A model generated the notes under the pieces. It was not told where the DNA came from and made no database searches. It was given only the letters and a program-made list of their open reading frames with translations. Shown piece by piece: positions 55,472-64,000 of a stretch of 64,000 nt of DNA. How positions within the stretch are numbered: position 1 is the first letter of the stretch; each line of letters begins with the position of its first letter. This stretch comes from an uncultured delta proteobacterium. GTDB lineage: Bacteria; Desulfobacterota; Syntrophorhabdia; Syntrophorhabdales; WCHB1-27. A program made the position numbers and the translations under genes. Where the stretch lies: positions 288,001 through 352,000 of the forward strand of contig CAWEPK010000009.1 in the NCBI GenBank assembly GCA_963810935.1. Reading direction: 5' to 3'.

Positions 55472-55915
55472 ATGGTAAGCGGCATTACAAGCGCGACCAA
55501 CAATTGGAGCTCAACGTCCCAGTTGAAACAAGCTCTGTTCAACAAGCTCGACTCGAACAAGGACGGTGTGATCGACAAAACAGAGATCACGGCTGCCATG
55601 AGCGCCGGCAAGAAACGCTTGCACGGCTCCTCGAAGAACAGCCCCACCCTCGACCAGGCGTTCTCGAAGGTAGACACGAACGGAGACGGGGTAATCAGCC
55701 CCACCGAGCTCTCGGCCGCCCTGTCGAGCGGCGCGGCATCGGGCCTTTTCGGCGGCTCGACCGCCTCCTTCGTAAACATGATCTCACCGGCAACCGGCAG
55801 CGCGAGCACCAACAGCACGGCGGCGGCGCAGAACAGGTCGACGAACAGCCTGCTGAAGAATTATCTGACCCAGGTCGGCCAAATGGTGAAACAGGGTTTC
55901 ACAGCAACCATTTAG
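55472..55915 (+). CDS. EF-hand calcium-binding protein
   Basis: EF loops DSNKDGVIDKTE and DTNGDGVISPTE; AGGAGG RBS. Confidence 0.85.
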   Translation: MVSGITSATNNWSSTSQLKQALFNKLDSNKDGVIDKTEITAAMSAGKKRLHGSSKNSPTLDQAFSKVDTNGDGVISPTELSAALSSGAASGLFGGSTASFVNMISPATGSASTNSTAAAQNRSTNSLLKNYLTQVGQMVKQGFTATI

Positions 55916-55927
55916 GCGCGTTCTGTT

Positions 55928-56575
55928 TTAGAACCCCAGCGTCTCTCCCACCAGCAGGACGGTCATGTCCGTCCGCAGCGGTTTCTTGGCTAGAATAATG
56001 TAAATATTGCATATCCTCTGCGGCGAGGCGCAGTCCGCGCATTCACCCGTCTCGGCGCACGGCGTCTTATACGAGAGCCTGCGGGCGTTCATGGGTGACG
56101 TCCAATCCCGCGTCCGCGCCTCCGCCTCGGCAACGTCCTTGACGATCTTGTTCACCCCGCACACGAGGATCACCTTTTTCGGGCCGAAAGTCATTGCGCA
56201 CACCCGGTTTCCCGTGGCGTCTACGTTGAACAGCTCCCCCTCCTCGGTAACCGCATTGCTGCTTGCGAGGAAGACGTCCGCAGTCAGTATCTCTTTGCGC
56301 ATCTTCAGCCCGTCCTCGGGCGAAAGCCCGGGCGTTCCGGGGTTAAGGAGCGTCACCTTATGCTTTTTAACTTCGTCGAAAAAGCCGATCTGGGCAAGCG
56401 TCACGGAACCCCCGACGCCGACAGTCGCCCCTTCAGGCACCCTCGAAAAAATCTGCTTCAACGCGTCGGCCGTATCCGGGGCATACACGGCGTCGAAATT
56501 ATTCTTCTTCAAAGCTTCAATAGTCCTCTTTACCTGCAAGTCGCGATACCATTTCTCATATTCAGTCGTCGCCAT
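55928..56575 (-). CDS. LUD-domain (lactate utilization YkgG-like) protein
   Basis: GGSVTL, SSNAVT, NVDATGNRV, GVNKIV, C-terminal Cys cluster. Confidence 0.85.
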   Translation of the reverse strand: MATTEYEKWYRDLQVKRTIEALKKNNFDAVYAPDTADALKQIFSRVPEGATVGVGGSVTLAQIGFFDEVKKHKVTLLNPGTPGLSPEDGLKMRKEILTADVFLASSNAVTEEGELFNVDATGNRVCAMTFGPKKVILVCGVNKIVKDVAEAEARTRDWTSPMNARRLSYKTPCAETGECADCASPQRICNIYIILAKKPLRTDMTVLLVGETLGF

Positions 56576-56662
56576 GTCTCCTCCTTTTGCGGTGGGATAC
56601 AATAGTTTAAAATGGCGGGAGTCAAAATACAATGAAAGTGCAAATGCGGACGAGAGAGTATG

Positions 56663-56995
56663 CTATTCCCAGGCCTTCCACACGTCGGGTTGATAGCCTA
56701 CCGTCGCATCCCGGCCGTTCCGCACGACGGGCGTTTTGAGAAGCAGGGCGTCCTTGAGGATCTCGTCTTCGATGTCGTGGGTCAGGTACTTCAGGTTCTT
56801 ACGGCCGTACGCCTTACCCTCGCGGTCGATAAGTTTATCAATGCCCACTGCAGCCTTGAGGACGTTCAATTCTCCCCTGCTCAGACCCTTCTGCGCGATA
56901 TCCACAAACTGGAAGGGGATCCTTCTTTCTTTGAAGTATCTTTGTGCTTTCTTCGTCTCCCGGCATTTGAGGGTGCCGAAAATTTGTATGTTCAA
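56663..56995 (-). CDS. ArsC/Spx-family thioredoxin-fold protein
   Basis: IFGTLKCRETKKAQRYFKER, LLKTPVVRNG. Confidence 0.85.
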   Translation of the reverse strand: MNIQIFGTLKCRETKKAQRYFKERRIPFQFVDIAQKGLSRGELNVLKAAVGIDKLIDREGKAYGRKNLKYLTHDIEDEILKDALLLKTPVVRNGRDATVGYQPDVWKAWE

Positions 56996-57077
56996 GGAAC
57001 CCCACTCACCCCATGATCACAGGGTTACTATCTCGTATCAACGGAGATTAGTGCGCATCGAGCCGGGGTGAAACCCA

Positions 57078-57833
57078 TCACCCTCGCCCTATGTAAGGCA
57101 TCCTGGTCGCCATAATGGTCATGAACTGCACATTCGCATCGAGCGGCAGACTTGCCATGTAGACAACGGCTTTCGCGGCATGCTCGACGTCCATGGTAGG
57201 CTCCGGCGCGACGGCCCCATAAGGCTGGAGCATACCGGCATCGAACGGCGTCAGGTCGGTCGCCACGTTGCCGATATCGATCTGGCCGCACGCAATATCA
57301 TACTTTCGGCCGTCAAGGGCCGTCGACTTGGTAAGGCCCGTCATAGCGTGCTTGGTGGCGGTATAGGCCACGGAGTGGGGGCGCGGGACGTGCGCGGAGA
57401 CGGAACCGTTATTTATGATGCGCCCGCCACGGGGCGTCTGGTTCTTCATGAGCTTAAAGGCCTCCTGCGTGCACAGAAAGGCCCCGGTCAGGTTGGTGTC
57501 AACGGCGGCTTGCCATTGCTCGTACGTGAGGTCCTCCAGCGGGACGGGCGGCACGAAGATCCCGGCGTTGTTGAATAATAAGTCGAGGCGGCCGAAAGTC
57601 TCCCGGGTCTTTGCGAAGAGGGCGCGCACCCCGTCTCGATCGCGCACATCGGTCGGCGCCACCAACGCCCGCGAGGCAAGCGGCCCGGCTTCCGTTACAG
57701 TCTTCTCCAACGATTCCACCCTTCGTCCGGCCAGGACAACGCAGTAGCCTTCCCGCAACAAAGCAAGCGCCGCACACTTGCCGATCCCGCTTCCCGCTCC
57801 CGTCACGATCGCTACCTTTCCGGATTCGCTCAT
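57078..57833 (-). CDS. Short-chain dehydrogenase/reductase
   Basis: [17 protein letters not shown]. Confidence 0.92.
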   Translation of the reverse strand: MSESGKVAIVTGAGSGIGKCAALALLREGYCVVLAGRRVESLEKTVTEAGPLASRALVAPTDVRDRDGVRALFAKTRETFGRLDLLFNNAGIFVPPVPLEDLTYEQWQAAVDTNLTGAFLCTQEAFKLMKNQTPRGGRIINNGSVSAHVPRPHSVAYTATKHAMTGLTKSTALDGRKYDIACGQIDIGNVATDLTPFDAGMLQPYGAVAPEPTMDVEHAAKAVVYMASLPLDANVQFMTIMATRMPYIGRG

Positions 57834-58212
57834 AGGGTCTCTCCCCCACAGTATTATTGACCGTACGTCATTGGGCGAACATCATCATTCGCTCCCATTT
57901 TATGGTCATGAACAAGGGCAGGTCAAGAAATAGTTGCGTGTTGAATGGCTTGAGGCGCGCCTCCGGCCGCAACCGCCGCTAACGAATAAAGAGCATTATT
58001 GGGCGGTGGTAAGAGCGGGTGGTACTATATTTGCGGGGTGGGATACTAAATGCACAGGTCGGGATTCGACCTGTCGGACTGTGCCGGCTCGCGTAGTGAT
58101 TTCTTCATGAAGTATTGACTTTGAATTACTTTCGATTCATGCAATAGTATAAGTGACAATCGATAGGCGGACCGGCCGCGCTGCATAGTTGTTGTTACCC
58201 ATAGGTACGCTG

Positions 58213-58817
58213 ATGAAGATGAAGATCGCTATACTTGGCTGGGGGTCGTTGATATGGGATAAACAACCCGAATTCGACAACCAGCACGCGGATGATTGGC
58301 AATATGATGGCCCGTGCTTGAAGCTCGAGTTTTCGAGGGTTTCAGAGCGGCGCAACAACGCCTTGACTCTGGTGCTCGATCCTGACAATGGGAAATGCTG
58401 CCGAGTCGCTTACACGTTAAGCCGACGCGAAAACCCCGACGACACCATCTGCGAAATCTGCGGTGCCGTGAAGGCACGATACTCAAGAATGTTGGTTTCT
58501 GGTTTGCCGACAAGAGCAAGGAAAACAGCCGTGATCCAAAGTCGCTGGAGGCGATACAACGATGGGCCTCGGAGAAAAAACTCGACGTCGTTATCTGGAC
58601 AGACTTGGAGAGCAATTTCAAAGAGAAGGGCAAGTTCCCCAAGAAGAGCGAGGATAACGGCCTGTTCTCTTGTTGAAAATGCTCTTGCTCATCTTCAAGC
58701 TCTCGACCCCGAGGGAAAGACGAAAGCCGCAGAGTACGTACGGCGTGCCCCTGATTTGTCAAAACCCCGCTTCGTGAGGCATTGCAGTTATGGCCATGGT
58801 TTCACGAAAATGGTTAA
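58213..58817 (+). pseudogene. Hypothetical protein with gamma-glutamylcyclotransferase-like N-terminus; apparently several frameshifts
   Basis: IAILGWGSLIW; protein-like reading switches frame at ~58454, ~58670 and probably ~58757. Confidence 0.5.
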
Positions 58818-58873
58818 CCAAACCTTGTATCGAATGAACACCTTGGAAACTCTCTAAGAGGAATGGCACTACG

Positions 58874-60622
58874 ATGAAATCGTTTCCCATACGAGTCAAC
58901 CTGATCATTATTCTACTGGTTTTATTTATTCCCCATCTCGTATCCGCTCAATCAAAAACCTTCATCAAAGAATATACCTACCAGGCCAGCGAGGCCGATA
59001 GCAAACTATCATGCAGGACAATCGCCCTTGAACAAGTAAAAAGATTACTCCTTGAGGAACTTGGAGTTTACCTTATAAGTAAGACTGAAGTGAGAAATTA
59101 TCAGCTCGCCACGGATACAGTCACTTCTATAACAGCGGGTATAGTCAGCACTCAAATCATAGATGAAAACTGGAACGGTGAGAAGTATTACCTCAAGGCA
59201 AAAATAACGGCAGACACGGATGAAGTATCCAAAGCGGTCAAAAACATCGGCAGCGACAGCGAGGATAGGAAGGCGTTACAAGAAACCCGAGAGAGGGCGG
59301 ATAAAGCATTACTGGAAATCGAAAGGCTCAAGAAAGAATTGGCCACTCTCAAGCAAGACAAGGACAAGCTAAAGGCGTACGTGAAGGCAGTAGACGAGTT
59401 AAAATCAACCGACCTATTCCTGAAAGGCTACGCGTTATTGGAGTCCAAGAAGTGGGCCGAAGCAGTTGATGCTTTCGACAAGGTTCTGGGCATGGACCCC
59501 CTCTATGTGCACGCTTACAACTATAGGGGCGTGGCTTACCGTGCACAGAAACAATATGATAGGGCTCTTAAAGACTTCGACCGTACCCTTGAATTAGACC
59601 CCAGTTATGCTAAGGCCATATTCAATAAGGGTTCGCTTTACATGGCTCAAAAGAATTACGATAAGGCCATAGAGAGCTTCAGCCGTGTGATAGAGATAGG
59701 TTATGGTAACCACTCCGACTTGGATCGGAAGGCTGCCGTGTTGTACGTTGCTTATGTCCACTACGGTAGGGGGTGTGCTTATCTTGCTCAAAAAAAATAT
59801 GCAGTGGCTATAGAAGACTTCAGCCAAGCTTTGGAGATCGCCGCGCCGTTCCTTCCGAAGCTGCATGCGCTTCCCTCGGAGAGATCGCCGCTACAACACT
59901 TCACCGGGGATTTTCGCTTGGCCCCGACAAGGCCTAACGATGACGAGATATTGTTTTACTGGGCTGAGGTCTATATGTTCAGGGGTGGCGCCTATCGTAT
60001 GCTCAAGCAATGCGACAAGGCCATCGACGACATCGGCCGCGCACTGGAAATAGACCCAAAATTTGCCCTTGCCTACCAGGAGAGAGGACAAGTCTATCTT
60101 AACTTAGGTAAGGTCGCCCCGGCCTGCGCGGACCTGAAAACGGCCTGCGATTTGGGTGTCTGTAAAGGCAACGACTTGGCAAGAGATAAGAAATATTGCG
60201 ACAATGGGGTTCCGAGTCAGCACATGCTTGTCAGACAGGATTTCCTAAAATATCTGAGAGCAATAGCTATACCAGAACAGAAAGAGGCCATTGATGCCTA
60301 TGCGAGTATCTCTGGAAAGAACTACAGAGGCGATGATGCTTTTGCTGATGTCCTCGCCAGTTCCGTACTGCCCAAATACGGGATTGTTATCCGGGCAATG
60401 GGCAACATTGCGCCAGAAACTACCGAAGTCCGACAGCTTCACTCATTGCTTCTTGAAGGGGCAAACAATCAAATGGAAGGCTTTACAACGATGCTATCCG
60501 GTGCGCAATTGCATAGCAAGGAGACAGTAGACTTGGGCAATGAGAAACTGATCCGAGGGAAACAAAAGATTCAGCTGTTTAACGACGAAGTGAAAGCGAT
60601 GAAGGAACAGTATTTAAATTAA
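58874..60622 (+). CDS. Exported TPR-repeat protein
   Basis: Signal peptide; coiled coil; several TPRs (AYNYRGVAY...ALKDFDRTLELDP). Confidence 0.85.
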   Translation: MKSFPIRVNLIIILLVLFIPHLVSAQSKTFIKEYTYQASEADSKLSCRTIALEQVKRLLLEELGVYLISKTEVRNYQLATDTVTSITAGIVSTQIIDENWNGEKYYLKAKITADTDEVSKAVKNIGSDSEDRKALQETRERADKALLEIERLKKELATLKQDKDKLKAYVKAVDELKSTDLFLKGYALLESKKWAEAVDAFDKVLGMDPLYVHAYNYRGVAYRAQKQYDRALKDFDRTLELDPSYAKAIFNKGSLYMAQKNYDKAIESFSRVIEIGYGNHSDLDRKAAVLYVAYVHYGRGCAYLAQKKYAVAIEDFSQALEIAAPFLPKLHALPSERSPLQHFTGDFRLAPTRPNDDEILFYWAEVYMFRGGAYRMLKQCDKAIDDIGRALEIDPKFALAYQERGQVYLNLGKVAPACADLKTACDLGVCKGNDLARDKKYCDNGVPSQHMLVRQDFLKYLRAIAIPEQKEAIDAYASISGKNYRGDDAFADVLASSVLPKYGIVIRAMGNIAPETTEVRQLHSLLLEGANNQMEGFTTMLSGAQLHSKETVDLGNEKLIRGKQKIQLFNDEVKAMKEQYLN

Positions 60623-60870
60623 GTATTTCATTTGGCTCCGTCATCGGCAAGTGGACAAAGAGGGTAAAAGTGCACACAAGCAGGATCATCATCTTAAGCA
60701 TGTGAATGTTGTTTTATGTATGCCTTCCAGAAATAGGAATCAAGCCGATGTAGAGCTATTGACTGATCGAGCAATCGTAGAGGAATTGAAATTGTGAAAT
60801 AATAAAGTCGAAGGAGTTACTCTCAAGACAGGTTGTATTCCTACGCTTCTTAAGGAAAAAGGGGCCGATC

Positions 60871-61146
60871 ATGATAGCACAAGCAAAAATAGACGCTGTT
60901 AAAGAATACCTGCAAAGTGAGTTTCCGGGTTTTGCGGTGGACGATAAGGACGATTTTGAACGCCAGTCCTGGAAGTTCAGCGTGGCAGGCGGTTCTGCCA
61001 TCTATATTGTAAAATTTGAAAGGCCGTTCTGGGACGACACTGACGATGTAAAAAACATTTTGGAGCTCTTTGAACTCAGCAAGTTCATGAAAGATAACCG
61101 GGGTCAACAAGTCTTTGTGACAAGACATGGCTTGACGGTGTTCTAA
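60871..61146 (+). CDS. Hypothetical protein (91 aa, low GC)
   Basis: Purine-rich RBS; plausible globular sequence. Confidence 0.6.
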   Translation: MIAQAKIDAVKEYLQSEFPGFAVDDKDDFERQSWKFSVAGGSAIYIVKFERPFWDDTDDVKNILELFELSKFMKDNRGQQVFVTRHGLTVF

Positions 61147-61415
61147 CTATTGCCGGAGCGTGAGCAATGATCCTGGATATGGGATAAGAAAAACTGGCCT
61201 CTCTGTCGAGTCGTGTCCGTCGCTTAGTCATTCTTTCAATCGCAAATCGGTAATTATGAATACCGACCGTTGCTAACCCTTCGTTGTCAGTAACAGTAAA
61301 TCCTAAATATTCTTACATTCTCCGTAATATCGAGTTTCAGTTTTTACAATTATCACGGTGTTAGTGACCATTCCGAAGTGGATAGTGCATATAGGGCTTT
61401 GGTCTATACGGGCCT

Positions 61416-61542
61416 GCAGCCGGGAGATTTTCAGTGGAATTCGCGTTGCTTTTCGACGAAGCGAGCCGGAGCATACGGTTTGTGTATGTGAGGACTCGCG
61501 CCCGAGAAAACGACGCGAAGGCCGCGAAAATATCCCGGCCGC
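61416..61542 (+). repeat. Palindromic dispersed repeat, copy C
   Basis: Shares TTCGCGTTGCTTTTCGA and CCGAGAAAACGACGCGAA with copy A, and GAGGACTCGCG with copy B. Confidence 0.9.
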
Positions 61543-61597
61543 CCTCTTAGTTGACAACCGGACGGCTCTGTTGTACAAGATAGTAGAACATTATAGC

Positions 61598-61760
61598 GTT
61601 CAGGTGCACGCTGCTTAATAGGGAATCCCGTGAAAATCGGGAGCGGTCCCGCCGCTGTGATCCCGTTAGTGTGCCTCTGCCTTCTAAGGCCACTGTCCGC
61701 AAGTGAGCGGGCGGGAAGGCGGGTAGGGGTCGGGAGAGCCAGAAGACCTGCCTGCGACGC
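61598..61760 (+). ncRNA. Cobalamin riboswitch
   Basis: GGTG...AATAGGGAATCCCGTGAAAATCGGGAGCGGTCCCGCCGCTGT...GCCACTG...GGGAAGGC...AGCCAGAAGACCTGCC; upstream of cob genes. Confidence 0.95.
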
Positions 61761-61817
61761 AAGAAGATAAGTGCCTTCTCGTGGCTTGGAAGGCGGGGAT
61801 GAAGTAAACCAGGGTGC

Positions 61818-61852
61818 AATCCCCAAAGGCATTATGCCTTGGGGATTTTTTT
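61818..61852 (+). terminator. Riboswitch expression-platform terminator
   Basis: AATCCCCAAAGGCA-TTA-TGCCTTGGGGATT plus T-tract; upstream GGGGAT (~61795) can sequester ATCCCC. Confidence 0.8.
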
Positions 61853-61864
61853 ATGGGTGATCGA

Positions 61865-62384
61865 ATGGCCAAAGTGATTTTCGTTACAGGGGGCTCGCGG
61901 AGCGGAAAGACCTCGTTCGCCCTGATGGAGGGCGCAAAAGCGGCAGGCGGCGGCCGCAAGGTCTACATAGCCACTGCCCAGGCCCTCGATGCGGAAATGG
62001 CTGATAGGATCGACAAACACAAGTTGGAGAGGGGCAGCGCCTGGGAGACCGTCGAGGAGCCCATCCACCTGGACAGGGCGCTCGGCGAATGCGGCCCCGC
62101 CTCGGTAGTCGTGATCGACTGCCTTACCCTCTGGCTTTCCAACCTGCTTTGCGGATCAGTTGCCGTCGAGGAGGCGCAGGACGCGCTGGTCGCGGCCCTG
62201 GCTGCGTGCGACGGGCAGGCTCTGTATTTACATCGTATCGAACGAAGTCGGCATGGGGATAGTGCCTGAGAACGAAATGGCAAGGCTCTTCAGGGACGCG
62301 GCGGGCAGGCTGAACCAGGCGGTCGCACGAGCCTCCGATGAAGTCTACCTGATGGTCTCTGGCCTGCCCGTAAAAATAAAATAG
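61865..62384 (+). CDS. cobU: Adenosylcobinamide kinase/guanylyltransferase; frameshift at ~62215
   Basis: [34 protein letters not shown] continues in a second frame. Confidence 0.9.
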
Positions 62385-62422
62385 AGACGCCCCCGGATGG
62401 GGGCCGATATGGAGGCGTGCAA

Positions 62423-63484
62423 ATGAAAGCGAAAGGGATTGTGCCGGACATCGTACCCGTCGGGGAAGAGCTTATCGCAAAGGCGCAGGCGCGGCTCGAC
62501 GATCTGACAAAGCCCGTCGGCAGCCTCGGAAGGCTGGAAGAGTTCGCCCGCAGGGTCGTCGCCATAACGGGCGAGGCGATGCCCGCCATCGATAAAAAAG
62601 TCATATTCACCTTTGCGGGCGACCACGGCGTCGTCGCGGAAGGCGTCTCCGCATACCCGAGCGAGGTGACGCCCCAGATGGTTTTCAATTTCTTAAACGG
62701 CGGCGCGGGGATAAATGTGCTTGCCCGCCACGCCGGGGCGGACGTTGTCGTCGTCGATATCGGCGTCGATTATGTCTTCGAAGAGACGCCCGGCCTCGTT
62801 ATGCGCAAGGTGATGCGGGGCACGAGGAACATGCTCGCCGAGCCTGCGATGACGAGGGAAGAGGCGGAAAGCTGCCTGAAGGTCGGCATCGACCTGGCCT
62901 ACGAGTACGCGGGAAAGGGCTATAAGTTTTTCGGCACGGGCGACATGGGCATCGGCAACACGACCCCGTCTTCCGCCATCGCCGCAGTCCTGACAGGCAA
63001 AGGCGCAGCAGAGGTGACGGGCCGGGGCACGGGCATATCGGACGGCGTGCTTGCGAGGAAGGTAGAGGTAATAAACGAGAGCATAAGGCTGCGTAAGCCT
63101 GACCCGAAAGACGCGATAGACGTGCTCGCAAAGGTGGGCGGCACGGAGATAGGCGGTATCGCCGGCCTGATCCTCGGCGCTGCCGCAAAAAGGGTGCCGG
63201 TCGTCATAGACGGCCTCATATCGACCGCCGGAGCGGCTATCGCGTACGCCCTCGCGCCGGAGACCGCCGATTATATGTTTGCGGCGCATGCCTCCGTCGA
63301 GATAGGCCAGAAGGCGATGCTCGACAAAATGGGGCTTGTCCCCATACTCGACCTCCGGATGAGGCTCGGCGAAGGCACGGGGGCGGCGCTGGCGATGCTG
63401 CTGGTCGAGGGAGGCATTAAGATATACAAAGAAATGGCTACGTTCAGCGAGGCGGGTGTCTCGGGCGAGCTGCCCAACTCGTAA
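62423..63484 (+). CDS. cobT: Nicotinate-nucleotide:dimethylbenzimidazole phosphoribosyltransferase
   Basis: [33 protein letters not shown]. Confidence 0.95.
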   Translation: MKAKGIVPDIVPVGEELIAKAQARLDDLTKPVGSLGRLEEFARRVVAITGEAMPAIDKKVIFTFAGDHGVVAEGVSAYPSEVTPQMVFNFLNGGAGINVLARHAGADVVVVDIGVDYVFEETPGLVMRKVMRGTRNMLAEPAMTREEAESCLKVGIDLAYEYAGKGYKFFGTGDMGIGNTTPSSAIAAVLTGKGAAEVTGRGTGISDGVLARKVEVINESIRLRKPDPKDAIDVLAKVGGTEIGGIAGLILGAAAKRVPVVIDGLISTAGAAIAYALAPETADYMFAAHASVEIGQKAMLDKMGLVPILDLRMRLGEGTGAALAMLLVEGGIKIYKEMATFSEAGVSGELPNS

Positions 63485-63498
63485 GGAGCGCACGTATA

Positions 63499-64000
63499 GT
63501 GAAAGGCAGGACTGCAAAATCCCTGATGGTGCAGGGCACCGGGTCGGGTGCGGGCAAGAGCCTCCTCGTCGCGGGCCTGTGCAGGATATTCAGGGACGAA
63601 GGCGTGAACGTGGCGCCTTTCAAGGCGCAGAACATGGCCCTCAATTCCTACGTCACCGCTGACGGAGGCGAGATGGGGCGCGCGCAGGTGCTCCAGGCGG
63701 AAGCGGCGTGCATCGACCCGACGATAGACATGAACCCTGTGCTCCTGAAGGCCTCCGGCGATATGGGGTCGCAGGTGATTATCCACGGTCGCCCCTTGCG
63801 GCACATGTCCGCAAGAGAATATTACAGTTACAGGGAGACGGCGTGGGATGCAGTAAAGAAGTCCTACGCCCGCCTTTCGAAGAGATACGACCTGATAATT
63901 ATGGAAGGGGCGGGAAGCCCGGCAGAGATCAACCTGATGGACGTTGACATCGTCAATATGGCCTCCGCGCGTCTCGCCCGCGCGCCGGTGCTCCTTGTGG
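63499..64000 (+). CDS. cobQ: Cobyric acid synthase (3' end outside window)
   Basis: [48 protein letters not shown]. Confidence 0.93.
   Translation, partial: MKGRTAKSLMVQGTGSGAGKSLLVAGLCRIFRDEGVNVAPFKAQNMALNSYVTADGGEMGRAQVLQAEAACIDPTIDMNPVLLKASGDMGSQVIIHGRPLRHMSAREYYSYRETAWDAVKKSYARLSKRYDLIIMEGAGSPAEINLMDVDIVNMASARLARAPVLLV

Noticed and set aside
61303..61618. ORFs 61303-61578 (-) and 61358-61618 (+), also 9050-9256 (-) and 10383-10565 (-)
   Set aside because: They run through the palindromic repeats and are not protein-like; likely spurious.

Overview
GC-rich (roughly 60% by eye) bacterial chromosome segment made mostly of housekeeping genes. Gene content suggests an anaerobic Desulfobacterota ('deltaproteobacterial') organism; this is inference only. 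Core loci: hflX, rlmN, der, a livKHMGF ABC transporter, xerC-hslVU-argBDFG-leuS-lptE, tig-clpP-clpX-tRNA(Val)-tRNA(Asp), acs, rpmB, rel/spoT, lpxK-leuACD-asd, iscS/iscU-like, serA, adenine deaminase, and a cobalamin riboswitch followed by cobU-cobT-cobQ. Two lower-GC accessory patches lie at ~9.2-10.4 kb and ~57.9-61.4 kb. Main findings: (1) three copies of a ~127-bp covarying hairpin repeat at the edges of these patches, with two inverted copies bracketing a hypothetical+antitoxin cassette; (2) a promoter-structured RNA-terminator unit upstream of a corrinoid-reactivation (RACo/ASKHA) gene that matches no riboswitch I recognise; (3) an IscS/NifS homolog lacking the PLP-binding lysine; (4) a 44-bp copy of an internal hflX segment differing only at synonymous sites; (5) two genes that seem to need non-AUG starts. 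Several small frameshifts suggest assembly indel errors. No CRISPR array, rRNA, transposase or prophage was seen.
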